The notes beneath the pieces were generated by a model, which was given only the letters and a program-made list of their open reading frames with translations, had not been told where the DNA came from and did no database searches. DNA of 64,000 bases from an uncultured Rhodospirillales bacterium (GTDB taxonomy: Bacteria > Pseudomonadota > Alphaproteobacteria > Rhodospirillales > UBA2165). The position numbers were made by a program, and so were the translations under genes. Where the stretch lies: positions 10,276 to 74,275 of the forward strand of contig CAJQSN010000014.1 of the NCBI GenBank assembly GCA_905614355.1, in the 5' to 3' direction. Positions within the stretch are counted from its first letter, which is position 1. Every line of letters starts with the position of its first letter. Below are positions 20,503-29,735 of this stretch, piece by piece.

Positions 20503-21384
20503 ATGCGCTTTAATCGCTCTAATTTAGCTCTAAAAAAAGATGATACTAATCGTTTTTTACCCTGGATAATAGCATTTATGACTTTATTAGCAGCCCTCTC
20601 AATCGCAGGCCTACTGATGCTAAAACAGATTTCGCAAGTCTTTGAATATAATAGTCAAGATAGTATAACAATCCAAATTCCAGCTGGAGAAAGTTCTGAT
20701 GATGATGAGCAACGTACTAGTAAAATGCTAGTAGCTCTAAAGAAAGTAGATGGTGTCGTAGAAACAACCAGGGTCTCCAATGCTGAGATAAAAAAACTGC
20801 TAGAGCCATGGCTCGGTCAAACTGCTGGTTCTGAAACAATACCTTTACCTCAAATTATTGATATTAAAATAGATCGCACATCTGATTTAACAGCTGAGAA
20901 ATTGACCCGTATACTAGGAGAAATAGTCCCTGGCACAATGGTTGATGACCATAGTCAATGGCTAGCCAACTTGGTTAACACTCTGAAATCAGCAGAACTA
21001 ATTGCACTATGCATCGTCTTTTTAATCGCATTGGCAACCATAGGTACCGTGATATTCACTACCCGTACTGGTATGGGCATACACTGGCAGACACTGGAAG
21101 TGCTTCACTTTGTCGGAGCTCATGATGAATTTATAGCGCGACAATTTGCTACACGGGCATTCATCGTTGGCTTGCAAGGAAGCGCCGGCGGAATTCTCCT
21201 GGCCACACCCATTCTTTATGCTTTTGAGTATATTCTGAAAAACCTAGGGTCAGGACTATTGCCAAAAGCTAGTCTAAATAGTTCGATTTGGATCGGTGTT
21301 AGCTGTATTGTTCCAGTTGTCGCTATAATAGCAATGATGACCGCACGCTCTACAGTGATAAAGACATTGAAAAAAATGGTGTAG
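20503..21384 (+). CDS. ftsX: cell-division permease FtsX-like
   Basis: One TM segment, a periplasmic domain and three C-terminal TM segments. It starts 3 nt after ftsE. Confidence 0.8.
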   Translation: MRFNRSNLALKKDDTNRFLPWIIAFMTLLAALSIAGLLMLKQISQVFEYNSQDSITIQIPAGESSDDDEQRTSKMLVALKKVDGVVETTRVSNAEIKKLLEPWLGQTAGSETIPLPQIIDIKIDRTSDLTAEKLTRILGEIVPGTMVDDHSQWLANLVNTLKSAELIALCIVFLIALATIGTVIFTTRTGMGIHWQTLEVLHFVGAHDEFIARQFATRAFIVGLQGSAGGILLATPILYAFEYILKNLGSGLLPKASLNSSIWIGVSCIVPVVAIIAMMTARSTVIKTLKKMV

Positions 21385-21387
21385 GCG

Positions 21388-22044
21388 ATGACCTTTAGGT
21401 ATAAACTGAAGAAATTATTTGACTTAAATAAATATTTAAAATTTGCTATACTTCTTCTGCCGATAATAGCTATTCTATGGTTTTATGGATTATTAAATTT
21501 CTTACAAAAAATTCCTGAACGAATAACAAATAAAAACCCTACTTCAGACGCTATCGTTGTATTAACAGGCGGAAGTGGCAGACTCAAAAAAGGGCTACAA
21601 TTACTAACTAGGAAAAAAGCGAAAAAATTATTTATTTCGGGTGTATACCGGGGCAATGACGTTCAACGCTTGCTACAAGTTCAAAAACACAGCCCCGCGG
21701 AAGTTTTATGCTGCATAAACCTTGGTTATGCAGCTACTTCCACAGCAGGTAATGCCAGAGAAACTGCAGATTGGATTAAAAAACATGGTTTTAGTTCAAT
21801 CATATTGGTTACAGCAAATTACCATATGCCGCGGAGCCTAATATTATTTAGGCACACCATGCCTGAAATTGAAATAGTCCCGCACCCGGCTTTTCCTCCG
21901 CAATTTGAACCAGCACAATGGTGGGCTCGGCCTAGAACAGCATCACTCATTACTAGTGAATATATAAAATATACTATAGCATCAACTATAATCTGGTTTG
22001 AGCAACAGTGGGGGAACTCCATACACTGGTTTGATACAAAATGA
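21388..22044 (+). CDS. YdcF/ElyC (DUF218) family protein
   Basis: An N-terminal TM segment, the DAIVVLTGGSGR motif and the later TANYHMPR motif of DUF218. Confidence 0.75.
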   Translation: MTFRYKLKKLFDLNKYLKFAILLLPIIAILWFYGLLNFLQKIPERITNKNPTSDAIVVLTGGSGRLKKGLQLLTRKKAKKLFISGVYRGNDVQRLLQVQKHSPAEVLCCINLGYAATSTAGNARETADWIKKHGFSSIILVTANYHMPRSLILFRHTMPEIEIVPHPAFPPQFEPAQWWARPRTASLITSEYIKYTIASTIIWFEQQWGNSIHWFDTK

Positions 22045-22790
22045 AATATTTGCGCTCTGGTCTCTTTAATTTTTTATTCTTTTTCTGGACTGCTGCAGTT
22101 ATTCTTTTCCTTTGGGTTACAATTTTTCTCTCCGCCTCGAAATTTCGTAGCGTCATCTCTATCTGGCCAAAAGGCTGTTTTGCCCTCCTCAAAATTATTG
22201 GGATTACTTTTGAAATAAGAGGATTAGAAAACATCCCAAAGTTTCCAGTCCTATTCTCGGTTAAACACCAATCAGTATGGGAAACCATATTTTTTCTCTG
22301 GCATCATAAAGATAATGCTTATGTTATGAAGTCAGAACTCAGGCGTATTCCTTTTTGGGGCTGGTATATGAAAAAAAGCGGCCATATTTTAGTTGACCGA
22401 ACTGGCGGCATAAAATCAATGCGTGACATGATTGGAAAAGCTAGAGAAATCATGGGTGATGGTCGTTCAATAGTTATTTTTCCAGAAGGCACCCGTATTC
22501 CATCAGGCCAAATGGGCAAATTTCATCCCGGTGTTGCAGCAATTTACACACAATTAAATACCACTGTAGTTCCAGTTGCGGTTAATTCCGGTTTATTCTG
22601 GCCACGCCGTGAATTTATAAAAAAACCTGGTAAAATTATAATTGAATTTTTACCACCGATTGAACCTAGTCTCGACCGAAAACCATTTATGTTGCTATTA
22701 GAAAACAGAATGAGAATAGCTACTGAGCAACTAGAAAAAGAATTGGACTTAAACCCTAGAAAAGAGACCTCTAAGGAAAAGTCACGTTAA
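22041..22790 (+). CDS. plsC: 1-acyl-sn-glycerol-3-phosphate acyltransferase
   Basis: The acyltransferase H(X4)D-type block KHQSVWET (a variant) and the FPEGTR block. It overlaps the upstream gene by 4 nt. Confidence 0.8.
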   Translation: MKYLRSGLFNFLFFFWTAAVILFLWVTIFLSASKFRSVISIWPKGCFALLKIIGITFEIRGLENIPKFPVLFSVKHQSVWETIFFLWHHKDNAYVMKSELRRIPFWGWYMKKSGHILVDRTGGIKSMRDMIGKAREIMGDGRSIVIFPEGTRIPSGQMGKFHPGVAAIYTQLNTTVVPVAVNSGLFWPRREFIKKPGKIIIEFLPPIEPSLDRKPFMLLLENRMRIATEQLEKELDLNPRKETSKEKSR

Positions 22791-22879
22791 TATTACCCTA
22801 AATAGTAATATTGGGAGCAGTTCAGAATTTCGACGGGGCTATAGAATAATGATAATTATTAGTAATTTACGACATATGG

Positions 22880-23539
22880 TTACTCTATAGTATTATTAGC
22901 AAAAATAATCGGTTTGTCACCGGACTGCCAGGCTGGGTATTTATTCATAATCTCAGTAAATTGGTTATTCGTCAGAAGATTGTCTAACCACTTTTGAAGC
23001 GAATTATAGCCTAGCGCATCAAACCAATTGCGTTCTGTATTAGCGAATTGCCGGATGAACGGTACTATTGCATAGTCTGCCAAAGTAGGTTTTGTGCCAA
23101 ATAAATAATTATACTGGCCTAAAATCTTATCTAATATTTTTAAAAAAATTTCTCCCTCCGTTCGATGAAACAGTGGATCAACATTTTTATAGCGTTGAAC
23201 ATATTTATAATGATCAAGGTTATATTTAAAATCTCCATCGGCTTTTTTAATCAGTTCAAGCATATCACCTAACGTACCATATTCAGGGTCTAACCAACCG
23301 AGTGGATCATTTTTTTCTAGTGCCCAACGCATAATATCAAGACTTTGCTCAAAAATTTGACCAGTTACTAGTTGTAAAACAGGTACTGTAGCTTTCGGGG
23401 ATAAATCGATCAGTTCTCGCGGTTTTTTGCTCAAAACCACTTCACGTATTTCGCAAGTCTGGCCACTTGCTGAGAGGGCCATTCTAGCCCGCATTGCGTA
23501 TGGACAGCGTCGAAAGCTATAAAGAACTGGATAACCCAA
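22880..23539 (-). CDS. glutathione S-transferase-like protein
   Basis: A thioredoxin-fold N-terminus (PVLYSFRRCPYAMRARMAL, ATVPVL) and a helical C-domain. The start appears to be TTG. Confidence 0.7.
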   Translation of the reverse strand: MGYPVLYSFRRCPYAMRARMALSASGQTCEIREVVLSKKPRELIDLSPKATVPVLQLVTGQIFEQSLDIMRWALEKNDPLGWLDPEYGTLGDMLELIKKADGDFKYNLDHYKYVQRYKNVDPLFHRTEGEIFLKILDKILGQYNYLFGTKPTLADYAIVPFIRQFANTERNWFDALGYNSLQKWLDNLLTNNQFTEIMNKYPAWQSGDKPIIFANNTIE

Positions 23540-23570
23540 AACTAGACCCCCTCATCTACCGCACTACACA

Positions 23571-24500
23571 TTATTTTAATCTGGAACGTGTTTTACTTCC
23601 AATATGAATTTCATTCCGCGCCGCAGCCAAATCCATTTGTTTTTGCCGTTCCGTAAACCTCTTTTTTTGATCGATAGAGGTACTTTGAAAACACTTTGGA
23701 CAACTAATGCCCAATTTGAACAAAGGTGAGGCCTTATCTTTAGTGCTGATGGCATGACGACACGCATGACACAGATCATAGTTGCCAACTCCTAAATCAT
23801 GACCAACCGACACTCGTTCGTCAAAGACGAAACAATCACCTTTCCATAGGCTATGTTCTGGAGAAGTCTCTTCAAAATATTTTAAGATACCACCCTCAAG
23901 ATGATATACTTCTTTATAGCCCTTTTCTTTCAAATAGGCTGTCGATTTTTCGCAGCGTATTCCCCCGGTACAAAACATAGCAATTTTTTTATTACTTAGA
24001 AGGGAATCGTTTTTACTCACCCACTCCGGAAACTCTCGGAACGATGTTGTCTTTGGATTGACAGAATTACTAAAGCTCCCAATCTCTATTTCATATTCAT
24101 TCCTAGTATCAATAACAACTACATCTGGATCGGATATCAAATTATTCCAATCTGCCGGCTTCACATAAGTTCCAACTATGTTTGCGGGATTAATATCGGG
24201 GACGCCCATAGTAACAATTTCTTTTTTCAAGCGTACCTTCATTCGTAAAAAAGGTCGCTTCTCAGTATAGGACACTTTATGCACTAAATTAAGCAGCCGG
24301 TAGTCAGACCGAATATAATTCAAAATATTTGCTATATTTTCCTCTGAACCCGCAAGCGTTCCATTAATTCCCTCTCTTGCTAGCAACACTGTACCCATCA
24401 TATCTTCACTTAAGCACTCCTTAAGTAACCGGGGTTTAATCTCTTTATAATCATCTAATCTAGCAAAATGGTAGAACGCTGCTACACAAATAGTACTCAT
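23571..24500 (-). CDS. trhO: rhodanese-domain tRNA uridine(34) hydroxylase (UPF0176/YceA/TrhO)
   Basis: A UPF0176 N-terminus (AAFYHF), the rhodanese active-site loop CTGGIRCEK, and a C-terminal Cys-rich zinc-finger-like tail. Confidence 0.85.
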   Translation of the reverse strand: MSTICVAAFYHFARLDDYKEIKPRLLKECLSEDMMGTVLLAREGINGTLAGSEENIANILNYIRSDYRLLNLVHKVSYTEKRPFLRMKVRLKKEIVTMGVPDINPANIVGTYVKPADWNNLISDPDVVVIDTRNEYEIEIGSFSNSVNPKTTSFREFPEWVSKNDSLLSNKKIAMFCTGGIRCEKSTAYLKEKGYKEVYHLEGGILKYFEETSPEHSLWKGDCFVFDERVSVGHDLGVGNYDLCHACRHAISTKDKASPLFKLGISCPKCFQSTSIDQKKRFTERQKQMDLAAARNEIHIGSKTRSRLK

Positions 24501-25351
24501 TTCAGCGCATCACCAGAAATAGCCAGTTTAATATCAGCATTTGCTTTTTTTAGAGTTTCTCCCCATCTGCCCGATGTTGCACCCCCATCAATAATTAGAT
24601 CTTGAGCTGTAATAAAACTTCCTTCATCACTGCATAAAAATAATACAGCATTTGCAATATCTTCAGGTTTGCCCGCTCGAGGGATTGGTTGCCGGCTCGA
24701 AAAAAGTTTTTCCACTCGACCTGCAACCATGTCTGCATCTGCATCACTCATGCCTCTACTCTTTCCAAAAATACCTGTGGCAATCCCACCAGGAGAAACT
24801 GTATTTACCCTAATATTATCTTCAGCAACTTCAATTGCGACGCTACGCGATAAGCTTACAACCGCTGCTTTAAGAGCACTATAAAAATGAGATGAGAACC
24901 CCCCTAAAGTAGCAGCTACACTAGCATTTGCTACAATTGAGCCACCGCCATTAAGCCGCATTTGGGTAGTGACATGCTTAAAACAGAAGAAAACATTTTT
25001 TAATAAAATATTCACAGAACGATCAAATTCTAACGCGTCAATCTCTGAAATCTTTTGTAACACTCCACCTGCGCCAGCATTACAAAAAAATGCGTCAATC
25101 TTACCAAAACGCTCAACAGAAAGCTCAATTAAACTGGCTATTTCTTCTTCAATCAAAACATCTGTTTTGACGAACATTGTGTTGACACCAAGCCTTTTTT
25201 CTATGGCTTTACCTTCTTCAACCCGTCGTGCAGCTAATACAACAGACGCTCCCTCAGCTGCAAAAAGCTCAGCAGTTTTCAATCCAATACCGCTTGTTGC
25301 TCCCGTTATCAGTGCCACTTTCCCCTCAAGACGACCCATAACCAACTCCAA
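24497..25351 (-). CDS. SDR-family oxidoreductase
   Basis: TGATSGIG cofactor motif, NAG motif and catalytic YSALK. Confidence 0.85.
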   Translation of the reverse strand: MELVMGRLEGKVALITGATSGIGLKTAELFAAEGASVVLAARRVEEGKAIEKRLGVNTMFVKTDVLIEEEIASLIELSVERFGKIDAFFCNAGAGGVLQKISEIDALEFDRSVNILLKNVFFCFKHVTTQMRLNGGGSIVANASVAATLGGFSSHFYSALKAAVVSLSRSVAIEVAEDNIRVNTVSPGGIATGIFGKSRGMSDADADMVAGRVEKLFSSRQPIPRAGKPEDIANAVLFLCSDEGSFITAQDLIIDGGATSGRWGETLKKANADIKLAISGDALK

Positions 25352-25405
25352 TTTACATTAATAAAGTACTTGTTTACTAGAATATTGGACTATTTCAATA
25401 GAAGT

Positions 25406-25624
25406 TTAATAATGAGGTGGCGGCTTTTCTACATAATTGTCCTGGGCTTCTTCCTCGAGGTTTACAATTTTATCCCTAAACAACCTAACTGACCCTAACA
25501 AGGTATCAATAACCTCCCATTGCTTAGCAACACCATCACTTAAATCTTGAATTATAATCTCTTGATGAGCAAGGTGAGCCTCAAGCTCAACCACCCGCTG
25601 CTCTATATTTTTGCTACTTTCCAT
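25406..25624 (-). CDS. slyX: SlyX-family coiled-coil protein
   Basis: 72 aa with the typical SlyX pattern (RVVELEAHLAHQEIIIQDLSD...). Confidence 0.7.
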   Translation of the reverse strand: MESSKNIEQRVVELEAHLAHQEIIIQDLSDGVAKQWEVIDTLLGSVRLFRDKIVNLEEEAQDNYVEKPPPHY

Positions 25625-25860
25625 TTACGCCACCTCTAATAAAATATTCGATACAGTTATAGGTATCGAGCATTGTCTAAACAAATTAGACGGTTATTAA
25701 AATTAAAATAGATTTACATAGACAACTAGTCTAGCCTTTGCCACGATAAACCTAGTAGATTTTCTTATTGAATAACTGTAATAATTTTGGCGAGTAGATT
25801 TAGGCGTAAAATTACGCTTCAACACATAAAAAAAGAAGATAAAACTCTGGAATTAAAGAA

Positions 25861-26718
25861 ATGGATCCAACAAAAAAGCGAGAATATTTTCGTTCTCTTA
25901 TGAATAAAAATAAATGCTACCATCCAGGATCAGTTTTTGATCCCATCTCGGCCCGTATTGCAGAAGATCTAGGCTTTGAAATTGGGATGTTTGCAGGTTC
26001 AATTGCTTCAATGACAGTTCTGGGAGCACCTGATTTAATTGTCCTTACCTTATCCGAATTTTGTGAGCAGGCACACCGAGTTTGTCGCGCTAGCGGTTTG
26101 GCATTATTGGTCGATGCTGACCACGGTTACGGTAATGCTCTCAGCGTTAAACGAACTGTTGAAGAACTCGAAACAGCGGGCGTTTCAGCGCTAACGATTG
26201 AAGACACCAGATTACCCAAAACTTATAGTAATGAAAAGACTACTGCTCTCTTATCTCTTGAAGAGGGCGTTGGTAAAATGAAAGCCGCACTTGAGGGACG
26301 CAGTGATAATAGCCTTATAATTACAGCCCGCACTAGCGCCTTTAGCATGACCAATGACGAAGATGCTCTAGTTCGTGCCAAAGCATACGAAGCTGCTGGC
26401 GTTGATGCGCTTTTCTTTGCTGGGATTAGTACTAGAGCACAAATAGAACTGCTCAATGCTAGTATATCTATCCCTATATTTATTGCGCCAAAAGGTAATG
26501 AAGTTATGGACCTAACCTATCTCGCCGATAAAGGGGTTAAAATTTGTTTACAGAGCCATCAGCCATTTTCAGCTTCTGTACAAGCCATATATACAACTTT
26601 AAAAGCCCTGAGAGAAGGTACCACCCCGTCTAACATTAAAAACATAGCTTCTAATGAGTTAATGAAAGAAGTTACACGTAGTGAAGAATACGAGCGATTA
26701 ACAAAAGACTATTTATAA
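25861..26718 (+). CDS. isocitrate lyase/PEP mutase superfamily protein, oxaloacetate decarboxylase-like
   Basis: GSVFDPISARIAEDLGFE, LLVDADHGYGNAL and SALTIEDT closely match the PA4872-type oxaloacetate decarboxylase pattern as I remember it. Confidence 0.8.
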   Translation: MDPTKKREYFRSLMNKNKCYHPGSVFDPISARIAEDLGFEIGMFAGSIASMTVLGAPDLIVLTLSEFCEQAHRVCRASGLALLVDADHGYGNALSVKRTVEELETAGVSALTIEDTRLPKTYSNEKTTALLSLEEGVGKMKAALEGRSDNSLIITARTSAFSMTNDEDALVRAKAYEAAGVDALFFAGISTRAQIELLNASISIPIFIAPKGNEVMDLTYLADKGVKICLQSHQPFSASVQAIYTTLKALREGTTPSNIKNIASNELMKEVTRSEEYERLTKDYL

Positions 26719-26746
26719 ACTATAGCCACCTTACTAGACTATCGTA

Positions 26747-26998
26747 TCATTTATTATCTACTCGGTAACTAGGGATATATGTTTTTGTAATTTCACCGCC
26801 AGCCTTTCGACGGTCTTTAGCTTGAGCAACTGTTTCAGCCTCCCTAGCAATTTTTAAACCAAGCTTTCTATCAGTTGGATAAGGACCAAGAAAGTCATCT
26901 AGCCAAATAGCTATGGGCGCTAGGATAGGTTTTAACCAAGTAACATTAATCCCTAACCAACTTCCAACCTGATGCGTTATGGGACTATCCCACGTCAT
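26747..26998 (-). CDS. hypothetical protein (may be the downstream part of a stop-interrupted 110-codon frame)
   Basis: An 83-aa ORF of no recognised family. The same frame continues upstream across a single TAA into a 25-codon ORF carrying a CGRCVKVCP motif. Confidence 0.3.
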   Translation of the reverse strand: MTWDSPITHQVGSWLGINVTWLKPILAPIAIWLDDFLGPYPTDRKLGLKIAREAETVAQAKDRRKAGGEITKTYIPSYRVDNK

Positions 26999-27259
26999 AT
27001 CTTTTTATAATGGACAAACCTTGACACAACGACCGCAAGCTAAACCCTTAAGATTTGTTGCCCACTCAATAGTGAGTTTCATCTAAACCGTTGTTTTTGT
27101 TATTTTTTATTTTTACTATGTAAGTACTTTGTAAGTCTTTTCTCATTTTTAGTACATCTTCACATTTTCAAATCATCAACAAACACAATGATTACAGCAA
27201 AAAGCAGTTACAAAGTTTGTATGTAGTTTTTGCTACTAACTTATATGTCGAGCTCTTAA

Positions 27260-27960
27260 TTACTTCCTTTCGCTTAGGCATTCTATGCCAAGTTTAAAAT
27301 ACTCATTAGAATTTCCACATGCTATTAATCCAGCGGTATCTTTATTGAGAGAAGCCAACGCTTTTCTCCACATCAAAACCCTTTCTGCATATCCCTCCAA
27401 CCATTGAAAGTCCCATACATTATCTAATGCCACAACAAACCTAAGTAGGTTCTCATTCATTAAGTTAATCCATTTTTTCTGGAGATTATTGTCTTTATCA
27501 AATAAATTAATCCAACCTGTTTGGAATTTAACGTTTGTATCTTTATTTAGTATGTTATTTTGCGTTTCATTATCTGCATGAGATGTCATGAAATGGATAT
27601 TTTTGTGTTTTTTCTAGTATCAGCTTGGCCTCAGAAAATTCCACTTGACCCATATGAATCAATAAGAAATTACTTTCTGGGTGTCGAGTACTCAATTCTA
27701 ATAATTGACTGATAACTCTCTTCGAGTCCTCCTCATAATCATTTAACTCAACGTGCAAAATTACTGGTTTTTTATTCTTGAGGATAATATTAATAGTTCT
27801 AAGTATTTTTCAGATTTTAGATTAAGATTTATTCCTTTAAATTTAAGCCTCTTATGTTCATGAGGTGCGTATTGTACAATGACTTCTTGGAAGCCAACAT
27901 AATCGATTTTACGTTTTTTAGCTCCTCGCAATAAAACGTTTAATCGTTTTAAAGCTTTGT
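27260..27960 (-). pseudogene. decayed amidohydrolase-like gene (at least two frame breaks)
   Basis: Three consecutive minus-strand frames read ...YAPHEHKRLKFKGINL.., then ..PVILHVELNDYEE..LLIHMGQV..FHDIS, then ..RFVVALDNVWD...ACGNSNEYFKL. This resembles the order of motifs in TIM-barrel metal-dependent hydrolases. The surroundings are AT-rich. Confidence 0.4.
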
Positions 27961-28442
27961 CACGTGCTATCCAACTAAACTGGCAAAGCCTTTATAAAAT
28001 AATTAGGGCTAAAAAACTTCATCTTTGTAAAATCGTAAATATGACTAACCATAAGTCAGCATAATTAAACCCCAGGAACAAATATCATAAGCATGGATAG
28101 TAGAATACATAAACATAAATAGAAGTATTAAATCCTTGCCTAGCGGCGGTATGATTCAAAAAACTATAAAAAAAACATTTACTCGATAGAGAAATTCTCC
28201 CCATCGTTAATAATTATTACTATCAATTTATTGAAAATTTAAGTAAAAGTAAAATGAAGAGCTTGCATATAACATTATTTGAAATGATCAATCATATTGA
28301 TATAAAAGCTAAGTGGTATGCGTGAGAATCAACTTAAACTCTTGTTTCCATCACAAATACTGAGAAATAACGCTATGATTTTTAATCATCACTCACTAAT
28401 ATGAACTATAGTTCATTCAAAATTTAATAGACATATAGAATA

Positions 28443-28919
28443 ATGAACCTTGCTAAAACCATTCAACTCGATGTTTCAGACAATCATATATATGAACACC
28501 CAGCTAATCCGCAGGAGTGGGCAATTGCAGGAACATTTTCCTTTGTCGATAGTGATCCAGACAATTGGTCAAAAAAACACAGATTTGCATTTCAATCAGC
28601 TTGGCTTGGTCTTAAAAATTATGGTAACTCGACGTTTGTTCAAATTACAGAAATACCCAAACATGAATATGAGCTTATTATCGTCTCACTCGCAGAACAC
28701 TTAATTAAAAATTATAATGCACCTAGCATGGAAGACGCAATACATGCTTCAAAAAAGGAAATTAATGATATGGCAGTCCTGTGTAACCATTTACCTGGCA
28801 CCTTATTGTCAATTGAGCGTAGTTTAGTTGAGAATGGTATTAAAGAAAGAACGCGTGTAATAAAACCAACAAAAGGACGGGGTGACGGTGAAGTCTGGAA
28901 TATTTCTCACGATGAATAA
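28443..28919 (+). CDS. conserved hypothetical protein (possibly DUF6505-like)
   Basis: A clean 158-aa ORF. The N-terminal pattern IQLDVSD..Y..PANPQEWAIAGTFSF and the later CNHLPGTLLSIERS recall a proteobacterial DUF family from memory. This is unverified. Confidence 0.5.
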   Translation: MNLAKTIQLDVSDNHIYEHPANPQEWAIAGTFSFVDSDPDNWSKKHRFAFQSAWLGLKNYGNSTFVQITEIPKHEYELIIVSLAEHLIKNYNAPSMEDAIHASKKEINDMAVLCNHLPGTLLSIERSLVENGIKERTRVIKPTKGRGDGEVWNISHDE

Positions 28920-28964
28920 AGTGTATTATAGCGCGAGAATTTTATTAAAATTGATATGAAAAAT

Positions 28965-29013
28965 TGGTGGCAGAGGGAGAGACTTAAACTCTCGATACCC
29001 GGGGTATGATGCC
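28965..29013 (-). repeat. diverged partial copy of the tRNA-Met 3' half (distal att-like remnant)
   Basis: TGGTGGCAGAGGGAGAGACTTAAACTCTCGATACCCGGGGTATGATGCC aligns by eye, with roughly 10 mismatches or indels, to the 3' 48 nt of the tRNA at 39138..39214. It is in the same orientation and retains the CAT anticodon-loop context. Confidence 0.6.
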
Positions 29014-29154
29014 ATATCTCTGCATAGTTTTTAGTTTTTCTTACCTTCTATAGCTTTGAAATTTCGTATTTTACAATATTTTATCATTCCTCGACCACAC
29101 CTTCAATTTCCTGTATAGTGGTAACTCAAAGTGAACTCACTATGGATTAAGTAG

Positions 29155-29691
29155 ATGAAACTTTCCAAGACTACAATTAAGACAAGCGGCAACGAGAAGG
29201 CCAATAATAAAGCTGATCTACTGTTAGATGATGAAACTCGTGGTTTTGGTATTAGGGTCTACCCGTCCGGTCGCAAGTCTTTCTTTGTGTATTACCTAAA
29301 TAGCTCAAAAACAAAGAAGCGTAATCACGTATTTCCTACACTCGGTCTTAGGAAACTAGCGGAAATTACCATTCGACAGGTTCAGAACATCCAGACTTCC
29401 ATTAAAAAGAAGCTATGCCCTTCAACAGCCAACCGAGTTACTAGATTGATTAAGCAATTATTCATTGTGGCAGATAAATGGTTCCTGATTGCTGAAAATC
29501 CCTCAGAACATTTAACAATGTTCCGTGAGCCAGCACCAAAAGATATTGTTCAATCGCCAGAAAATTACCGTAAGTTAATAGATGGTTATGACAAAGATGA
29601 TCACTTATTCTACTTAATGTACTTCTTTATAACGAGCGAGTGGAATTTGCGAGGTAAACCTTTGACCGCGCAGGGTCGACCTGTTATTTAG
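29155..29691 (+). pseudogene. tyrosine integrase (P4-like), N-terminal fragment only
   Basis: An arm-binding DUF4102-type N-terminus (LLDDETRGFGIRVYPSGRKSFFVYY) and part of the SAM-like core-binding domain. The frame ends where the catalytic domain should begin. Confidence 0.8.
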
Positions 29692-29735
29692 CAAATGGTC
29701 AAAAGGTTATTTGAAAATATGCAGGATTCTGCTTG

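Noticed and set aside
24669-25361. Plus-strand ORFs 24669..24884 and 24969..25361 (130 aa)
   Set aside because: They are antisense to a well-supported SDR gene with TGxxxGIG and YxxxK motifs. They have a low-complexity Ser/Ala/Pro composition typical of reverse frames.
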